DNA of 64,000 bases from Lingula anatina (lineage: Eukaryota > Animalia > Brachiopoda): the NCBI GenBank assembly GCA_051362555.1, contig CM120644.1:17258534-17322533 (forward strand), in the 5' to 3' direction. The first letter of the stretch is position 1. Each line of letters starts with the position of its first letter. This document shows positions 55,626-64,000 of this stretch, piece by piece. The notes beneath the pieces were generated by a model. It was not told where the DNA came from and made no database searches. It saw nothing but the letters and a program-made list of their open reading frames with translations. A program made the position numbers and the translations under genes.

Positions 55626-56414
55626 TTAGTCAAAGCAGCATGCTTGAACTTTCCTTCTGTGCGCGCACTTGCACCAGAACGGCAGCAGAAGGCAGCACCA
55701 AGTGCACCCGGACCGTCCGTCCTCTGTCGCTCTTGACTCTTCCACCTCCAGTTTGCTTGGCGCTGCAGCCAGTAGAAAGTCTTCCTCTCTATACTGAGCG
55801 AAAGAATTCGTTTGCATTTTATCCAAGACTTGAATCAATCGCCCTGCTTCGTTTTCTGATGCTCCGTCCCTTGCCGAGTAATTATCGATAAAAATAAATC
55901 TGCCGTTGAACTTGTCTCTCACAACGCTGAACAGAGGGAGAGGTTGTTCATCAATGTAGTCGTCCGCGTTCTTCACATGTTTGCCCAGCGTGCTCAACCT
56001 GTCATTGTTTTTCGTTTGTAAATCGGCATGGGTGACTACGAGCACGGCGAAATCGTAGAATTTTGGACCGAAATAAAGGACGCAATCTTGTAGGAACTCT
56101 TCATCAAGCTCGTCAAATCTATGGCCATACCTGATCGTCCACAGAAAGGCATCCACGTCGCCTGTGGCAATCTGAAAGCAGCGCCGCAACTCCGTCCTTG
56201 CTTTGTGAATGCCGACCTTCCTCGATGGAAGATTCGGTACGTCAAAAACTTGGATTTTCCTACCCGACACTTTCCCGTGCTTCATTTGGCAGATATTGGA
56301 AAATCGCATAGTGTCCGAGGTCTCAAATGCTCTGTCATTGCAGAGCAACGTGTTCCCTGTGGCGCTTTTACCAGAGCCATCTCTGCCAACCACTAGAACT
56401 GTCAAGGGGCTGCC
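55626..56414 (-). CDS. GIMAP/AIG1-type GTPase, main exon (5' exon(s) ambiguous)
   Basis: VLVVGRDGSGKSATGNTLL (G1), VFDVPNL (atypical G3), GHRF (conserved box), VVTHAD (G4), FIDN, and a Cys-rich tail. Acceptor CTGCAG at 56415-56420. Possible upstream donors lie near 56930 and 56979. Confidence 0.85.
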   Translation of the reverse strand, partial: GSPLTVLVVGRDGSGKSATGNTLLCNDRAFETSDTMRFSNICQMKHGKVSGRKIQVFDVPNLPSRKVGIHKARTELRRCFQIATGDVDAFLWTIRYGHRFDELDEEFLQDCVLYFGPKFYDFAVLVVTHADLQTKNNDRLSTLGKHVKNADDYIDEQPLPLFSVVRDKFNGRFIFIDNYSARDGASENEAGRLIQVLDKMQTNSFAQYREEDFLLAAAPSKLEVEESRATEDGRSGCTWCCLLLPFWCKCAHRRKVQACCFD

Positions 56415-57623
56415 CTGCAGTAAGAAGTTGAGATAAAGAATTTTGAATAAAGAAATGCTGCTACAAGGGGCTTGTGCTCATCCTTCCCTCATTTTTCACT
56501 TCAGTGGTTTTTGCATGCATACAATGCGATCAGTACTCCATTTTGTCCCGATCCATCTTAAAAAGTTGAGAATCGTACATTTGTTTTTTATAATCGTTTT
56601 TATACGCACTGAACAAATAGACATATCTGCTTAAAACTACGGTAATGTGCCAAGCATTTCGACGGGCCCAGTCAATCCGACCCAAAAAATTATATTATAA
56701 AATTAATTTTTCTGGGCTCAAACATTTAGTCCATACGTCAAAATCATGCGACAGAATTTTTTTCTTGTTCCGATTGTTCGACCACATCGTCGGCAAGACT
56801 CGGTAAATTTTCAAGCCAGTGAAATAGATGCTGCATGTCTCGGCCCTTTGTCAATTGTTGTCCTTTCAATAGCTTTTGTCAATGAGGAAGAAACAATTAT
56901 TTGAAGATCTAATATGGAAGCGAGACGTACCTGTCATTTCCTTTGTCCCCGATGGCAAAAATAGTGCTTATAGACATACAAATTGTGCTAATTTAGCAGA
57001 CTTGCCCTCGCTGACTGATTCGTCACGCCTGTAACTGGGGGAGGGGGGATGTCTGTTCTGGATGAAACCAAATGTCGACAGTGGGTAGGATGTGTAGTAA
57101 ACATCTTCATATAGACCATACATAGCGTATGCTAGCAATAAAAATTTTGGGAATAATAAGCAATTTGTTTTCAAGTTTGATTGAAAAATATTTGCAGGGG
57201 AAACGTTCTTGAAGTCAGTGCCGCGAGATCCTACATTTACTACAGTCGACTGAAAGATCAGTGAGATCGACCGCCTAGACTTCTTGGCGCCAAATACCAC
57301 GCGCTGTCAAAATCTGACGAACGCGTGTAGCTATTCACCGACATGGATAACTGTTTTGTCAACAATAAAAATGACGTCTTCCTTATTAGAAAAAAACAGT
57401 AACTTAAATGGCGGTGAAAAGCGGAGCTTCACAGAGAGTTCCACTGGGTATTTACGTTACCTGTGAGTCACTTTTTATTTCCCCAGATGCATGAAACGTT
57501 GATATTATTTAGCGTAATCCGTGAAGAACTCCATTCCTGTGACCCCCCTCCCCCACAATGGGACCGTCTTCATTAACATGTGGTTTGCGCTAGGTATGCT
57601 GGAGCAGACCAGTCTCTCATTTC

Positions 57624-58601
57624 CAGGCCTTCCCAACTACCAGACTCGGCACCTACGGATCCAGAGTAAACCGGCATATCAGACCACACTACCCGTTTTC
57701 AAGGTGTGTGTCAGATCGCATTACAGAGTATCAGCTACCACACCGATTTTGCCTGGTGCACGATGTGATAGCAATGATCCTAAGCGGGGTTGGAAAGTAG
57801 TGCATCTCATCTATATTCATGCGCTGCTGCAATTTTCCCTGTTTATGCTAAAAATCTGACAATACCGCAATTTTAAATATAAAATTTAGGTTCGAACATA
57901 GCCAATGATGTTTTGTAAATAAGAACTTGCAAACTTATATATTAATTTAGAAAAACAGACCTAAATTTGATAGCGGAAGCATATTCTGTCGGGGGTGGAA
58001 TATTTTCATGACTAGCGGGATGGACGTGATCAGGGGTAATCCTAGAGAAGGGTGAGAAACGTCCATTGTTCTCGTCAGCGAGGCTGGCTTTTTTCAGGGT
58101 ATGTACGCACAGACAGAAAACTAAGTATTGTGGGAACGTTACTAATGAAGCCACTGGTAGTACTAGTAGATATCAGCCTGTAGTCTTGAACAAGCGCCTC
58201 GATGACGAGTGAACAGTTGTCAAAAAGAAAAGACCCAGGTGTGGTAGTTCAACTACTGTTCATGCGTGCCGCAACGACCAAACCAAATTGCTCCTCAAGG
58301 TCACAAAACAATATCCGGTACTGACGGCTAGGCTCGTCTTAATCATACAAGTAGCGCGTTTCCACCCCCGACAAGATTGAAGGAGTCGTCTGTCGCCATG
58401 CAATGTTGTTGTATTCATACGACTCCTACTTGACGAAAACGAGGCGCGATACCAGGATGACAGGTAGGCTTACAAAATTTGTGATGGGGTATGATACTCT
58501 GTAATGCGATCTGACACACACCTTGAAAACGGGTAGTGTGGTTTGATATACCGGTTTATTCTGGATCCGTAGGTGCCGAGTCTGGTAGTTGGGAAGGCCT
58601 G
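57624..58601. mobile_element. ~1-kb non-autonomous DNA transposon with ~108-bp TIRs and 5-bp TSD
   Basis: CAGGCCTTCCCAACTACCAGACTCGGCACC...CAGAGTATCA at 57624-57732 and its near-perfect reverse complement at 58492-58601. ATTTC lies on both sides. Confidence 0.9.
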
Positions 58602-59713
58602 ATTTCTGCGTTTGCTCAATTCTCACGTCAAATTATTAATGCATCTGTTTTGTGTAAATTATGGCAATTAAATGCTTATTTTACGTTCGGGTTGTATCAG
58701 TTGGGTTTTTAATATGCACCGTGGCTTGTGCACAGCGAGTGTATATGTGTAAGAAAATCGGAAGAGTGCCAACAAGATGTCTATCGGCACAGGTAGGCTC
58801 CGTAGATTGCCTTTTCAATATGTTTTAATATGACATGATTTTTAAATTAAATACTGAAAAGTAATTTAAAGTGACACTGAATTCCGTTTGAGTACCACTT
58901 GGTATTCTTTGATAGGGGCGATTGAATTTTCTTCGGAAATGCGTACGTCTACGCCAAGCAAGCCTTGCGAGTTGAAAACAACTGATCTCAGACTGGTAAA
59001 AAATATCTCAATTTGGTTGATTTCAGTTGACATATTAAAATTCAAATAGAGCGTAGGTAGATCACATAACTGGTTTAAGTCAACAGTCAACTAAAGCTAC
59101 CGGTTTCAAATATAAGTGACCGGGCATTGTTTATAACACCTGTCTCCGGGGGAAAAAGCGTCCCACTTGTAAAGCGCGTCATGAAAGTGATCGTCGGTGA
59201 GGGAAATAAATAGATAGAAATTATGAACTGTCGCCTGTTTGAATCTCAAGTTATGTTAGCACATATTGTACACAGCAAAATAAAATTTTAAAAGGAGGAT
59301 AAAACGTGCTTGAAACACGTGTTAGGTGAAAATTGCGGCTTATCTTGCGTTACACTTCCGGTAAAATGCAATAGTTCCGGTAAGATGGACGTTTTGGCAG
59401 ATGCTCCTAACAATCCGACGATATCAAAGATTTCCATTGCTATATTTTAATCAATTCGACCAAACTGACATTTCCATGAAATTAATTAATTAATCTTGGT
59501 CGAATTGTTTGGCATATTACCGTACTTCTTTCAATTTGATAAATTGACGCAAATATTGCAGTAGTCCTTTTTTAAAAATGTAGTCAGAAAATCGTACATG
59601 TCAAAGAGCAATTATCAAGATGGATCTACCTCATTCGGTACAAATCACCTTTGCAGAATCTCAAATACAATATTGAGACAACAGAGATCACACGTTTCCC
59701 TGAGGTGGGCGTA

Positions 59714-59891
59714 CCACTGTGACAGGAATGGTAGTCCGCTAGGAACCGTTGTCCGTTCCCCATTACTTTGTACAGGTGACATTCGTCCCATATAATAACC
59801 CTAATACTCCAACTAACGGTTAAACCCTAACCTGTACTATTTAATGAGACCTGGACTTCCATTCCTAGGACTACTATTCCTGTCACACCGG
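59714..59891. mobile_element. Small MITE
   Basis: TGTGACAGGAATGGTAGTCC / GGACTACTATTCCTGTCACA with 1 mismatch, and internal CCCTAA motifs. Confidence 0.75.
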
Positions 59892-60335
59892 GTTAGGTCG
59901 GCCCAAGTTAAGTGGAAACACGACATTATAATCACAGCACGCACCTTTTCTGGGAACTCATCCTCTTGGTCAATGCTCTCACGAGACATGGCGCGTGCTA
60001 TCTGGAATACAGTAAAATGAGAGATTTCGTGCTCAGAGCGTTTATAGCAAATACTTTAATATCTGAACTTCAGAAAGTAAAGGCCTGATTACTACCCCTG
60101 AGAAATATTCCCTCTGCAACATTGTTTCCCGTAATCTTACTACCTAATGCTTTGTGAAGCACTTACGTAGAATTGCAATAATAATAATATATTAAATGCA
60201 AGCTAAACGTTATCAATATTGTACAGGTATGATGGATTTTTTTTGAGTTCATTAATGTTGTAAAAGATGTGCAATACTTTCCATAAGAATGAAAACCGCT
60301 ATGTTACAGAAAATGACAATCTGGCATTAGCTTAA

Positions 60336-60732
60336 AGGCATGGAGTCGAGGCAAAGTGAGTTAAGACATACATTTTGCACTATCTGTGACACTCTTCTCT
60401 CATCGAAATATTTCAAAAGGTCAATTTAATTAGCTATGATATTTCACTTCATTGACAGAATTTCACTAAATTGATTGAATTTGAGCGACAAAGCTTTCTG
60501 ATTACGAATATGGGTGTACCTGGTCACGTGCAAAGATGGCCGCCTCCATAGCATTATGTTAAGGCTTTTCTCATAAATTATCCACACTTTTGCGATTCAT
60601 AAAAAAAATATGATTCGGAGTCAATATTTATTCCCCGTATCTGCAGCTATGATAAGAACAAAATTAAAACAGTAAATCTGTGAAGGCAGTAACTCCATGA
60701 CTGTCATGGACCGTAAAATTATGTGATTACCT
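60336..60732. mobile_element. Probable degenerate Kolobok-type element
   Basis: TTAA|AGGCATGGAGT, an inverted ACTCCATGACT at 60692-60702, and CCT|TTAA at ~60733. The internal GGTCACGTG also occurs in family A. Confidence 0.4.
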
Positions 60733-60934
60733 TTAAATGTCTTATTTTTCTACCTCCTGTTTTCTAATACTTGTATATGTAAGAACGAATAGCACACGAT
60801 CGAAGGGAAATATTAAAACCTCGTCGACATATCATTAACATGTCGCATATGAACACACTGACAATGTTAATTTTTGCCAAGAAGAATGTAGAAAGTTATG
60901 ATTCTTTAAAATGATAGTGCGGTAACCAAAATAT

Positions 60935-60974
<40 letters not shown>

Positions 60975-61583
60975 CTAAAGAACGGAGCCATCTTAATACG
61001 GGAGCCAACACCAACAATGGCGCGGAATTGAGAATATTGACAAATTTTCCTTCACTTACCTCGTTCAAGTCTACCTCTCCAGCGTTATCCTCTCAACGTA
61101 AACTATGTTTTCACTCGCATGGCTCGGCGTATCTTAATTAAAAACTGGATGTTAGTAATATTTCATATTCTCTTGAAGGAGGCTGTCTTATCTCTATGTA
61201 CACAGCACTTGCGTATGCCGAAATGCTGAGGGTTGCAGCTGTAAATCTTCAAAATTTTGCTGCCATTTATTTTTCTGCCATGGGGCATATGCTCACGTAA
61301 AGTTTACGAAAGGACTGGAAACCAATGAGCAATTTTAAATATAAAATAGAGGTAGGTGTTTTAAACAACATTTGAAGACATGGATATATGATGCTTTAGT
61401 TAATGTGAAGCAACTAAATAAAATGTTTTCCTGTAACGCCGCCATTAATAATGACTTTGATAATGACGTAGGCAGAATTTTCAGCAATATAATTAACATT
61501 ATGTTCAGAGAACAGAAGGACGGGACAAGGGTTGTAGAAACCTGTGAAAATCTTCCAAATATTCAAGAATACTGTATTACAAA

Positions 61584-62235
61584 ATGAACGTAGATAAGTT
61601 ATTTCAACATTTGGCAGAGAATTTGACACAATGGAATCTACACAAGCTTATCGTAGAGCTTGGTTTTCCCATGGACCACGCCACCATTGTGTGCGAGCAA
61701 CGCGACCCGCGGCGCGCCATGGCACAGAAACTGAAAGACTGGTGGAAGGAACAGGAAGACACGGACGCTGCCTTTGACAATCTTACTGCAGCGTTGCGGC
61801 GAGTGGGGCAAGCCGATCTGGCAGACGATGCTCAAAGTAGGTCACGCTACTGACACATCTTGTTTGCTAAATTGGTTTCTTTTGTAAGATGAAAAAAATG
61901 CCATCAGTTTTGTTCAAAATAGATATACGGCGGTGCCCATTTTATATTAACTACTTATTCCTATAAAAGCTTGCCAAACTGTCTGAGACAAAAAAGCAAC
62001 TTATCCACAGAAGGCCTTGCACTAAATTGATCTTGGCTGCGAAAAACACTAATTGTTTTAGCAGCATTTGAAGTTTTCAGAAGAAATATATCCTCATTTC
62101 TTGTTCTTTCTTATTTTTTGTGTGTGGGAAGAATGCAAAGAAAAATCTCAGTCCCAGGAAAAACGTCTTCCAACGGTGGTGTCAAAGGGAGGACCACAAG
62201 GCGCATCACCCTCACCGAGTCAATCTTCTGCCAAG
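61584..62235 (+). CDS. N-terminal death-domain protein, 5' exons (gene probably continues beyond the window)
   Basis: Exon 61584-61836 has a six-helix death-domain pattern (LAENL..W..L..ELG...LKDWWKE...LTAALRRVGQADLA) and donor A|GTAGGT (phase 1). Compatible exon 62132-62235 encodes an S/Q/P-rich linker and ends at donor AAG|GTAAAT. An in-frame stop lies upstream of ATG 61584. Confidence 0.72.
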
Positions 62236-63134
62236 GTAAATTCAGAGTATTAAATTTCAGAACTAGCAGAAAGGACAAATTATTTAATATAATAATTTAA
62301 ATTATTTAATATAATTTGTCCATGCTTAAAGTCGGTCTAACATAGACACAAAAGGCGCGACGAATCAGAAACCGTTCTAATGACGTAATCAGGTTGCTTA
62401 ACATGAGATTTATCATATTTTATGGCAAATTTTCTCTTGGTTCAAAGACAAGTCAAGCTATTTTTTCGTGCAGTAAGAAGTACTTTTTGGCGTTCTCTCC
62501 AATTTTTGGTACTTGCGGCTACAACTGTAGCGACAATTTTAGCTTAATTAAAAAGAAAAGCTCGATTTTAACCACATTTTTTCAGTTGTGATGAAGCCTT
62601 TCTTTAACGACAGTATATTATACAGAATTTTAATTGTTATAATTTATTCCTTTTAAGATACTGTGCACAAATGTTCAAAGGCACACTGCGTCCTTTTCTG
62701 AAAGCTGTTTTTTCATGCCTCCAGAAATCGGAAGGGATGTTCTGTTCTTATATACCGGACAAAAATATGCCACCAAGTGATGACGTAATATATGTTCATT
62801 TTTTTTTTTTTTTTGAAAAAAAATTCAGAACAGTTATAGTGCAATAACTCTCTGTGAACTTGCTAGAAGTTAATCTCTAAGTACTGGAATATTTGAGGAC
62901 CTAAGTTAAATTCAACAATATCCAAAAATGTTGACATAGTTCTCAATATATAGACTTAGAGCCATTCTTTCATGTTGGACTCAGACACTGTTTCATTTTG
63001 CTTATGACAGTAACGAAATGAAATTTAGAACTTTCTAAACTAATCTTGATTATCGTACTATTCTCAGTGGTTTTGGATAGATTTGTTTTTGTGATAAAGA
63101 AAAAGCTGATAAAATTACAAGGCAAAATACATCA

Positions 63135-63135
<1 letters not shown>

Positions 63136-63187
<52 letters not shown>

Positions 63188-63481
63188 CCAAGGTCAAATG
63201 AGCATTGTATGTGTTGAATCTTCAAAATCTCCAAAATCCCCCAAAGCATGATCAAGTTTAGCTCGGAATGCCACAAATGTCTCACAAATATGTCACTCCA
63301 AAGTATGTCGATGGAACAATATGTTTCAGAAAATTAGGCTTAGGGTCAAGAAATTTCAATATCTAAGCGATTTGGGGTTAACAAAATCCAGGATGGTTAT
63401 ATCCTTAGCAATACTATACTGAAATATTTAATCTTCAAAATCTCCAAAATCCCCCAAAGCACGATCAGGTTTAGCTCGGAA
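63136..63481. repeat. (ATT)n microsatellite followed by a 52-bp direct repeat pair
   Basis: (ATT)n at 63136-63186. AATCTTCAAAATCTCCAAAATCCCCCAAAGCA(T/C)GATCA(A/G)GTTTAGCTCGGAA occurs at 63217 and 63430. Confidence 0.85.
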
Positions 63482-64000
63482 CCATGTTGATTTGCCAGTA
63501 ACAAATCCGTGCACCTGATTTAGAGATCTCATTTATTATTCCAATGCTCGTTTTGTAGGAGATCGATCATTCTTATTGAACCAACCGAAAAGCTTTGAGC
63601 TTGTTTTCCCGGTAGAAAACTACAGAGCGCTGTTGTGGTTCACGATTGCTGCAATCGTATCTTATAGAAATACCTTTGATATTAAGATATCTAATGGAAA
63701 TGTGAAACAAGAAGATATGTATAAATACATTATATGAAGTTTTGTTTGCACAGAAACAACATAAATAGATTTGTTTGAAGATATCTAACCCCCAAAAAAG
63801 CGGGTTCATATTTGTCAGTCTGTAATTGAATAATGAAGAGTGAATGTTTTTAAATCACACTGTTGTCTTTTAAGACATTGCTTGAGTGTAAACAGATGCG
63901 TTTTCTAACAAAGGCGAAATAAAGCAATACTCAAGTGGCAATAGGTGTGAAAACAGGTTTTCTTTCATGGGCTAACCAACTTAGGCCTACCTGGAACATT

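Noticed and set aside
57521-58626. Two ORFs sharing GLPNYQTRHLRIQ
   Set aside because: They are the two arms of one terminal inverted repeat.
62330-62985. Possible TTAA-started element with a degenerate right end
   Set aside because: The inverted match is too weak and there is no right-hand TTAA.

Overview
AT-rich, intron-rich animal genomic DNA. It is probably a marine lophotrochozoan such as a mollusc, which is an inference from gene content and repeat types. I reconstructed nine protein-coding genes by hand from GT-AG junctions and reading-frame continuity, and their strands alternate strictly: 3' part of a pericentrin/AKAP9-like PACT gene (+), ANKZF1/Vms1 (-), IDI1 (+), an L-galactose-dehydrogenase-like aldo-keto reductase (-), intronless TOMM22 (+), secernin (-), citrate synthase (+), a GIMAP/AIG1 GTPase (-) and the start of a death-domain gene (+). 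Introns and UTRs hold many DNA-transposon derivatives: TTAA-flanked Kolobok-type elements, a decayed ISL2EU-like element, CAGG-ended elements with 5-6 bp TSDs, and fold-back MITEs. The most notable observations are: repeated tandem duplication of splice junctions in three genes; a duplicated alternative last exon in the aldo-keto reductase; candidate in-frame micro-exons at the citrate synthase presequence junction; an IDI1 with an upstream mitochondrial-type leader; three consecutive head-to-head gene pairs; a CTCF-like motif cluster; and a GIMAP with a degenerate G3 motif. No database search was run, so novelty is unverified and all family assignments come from motif recognition.
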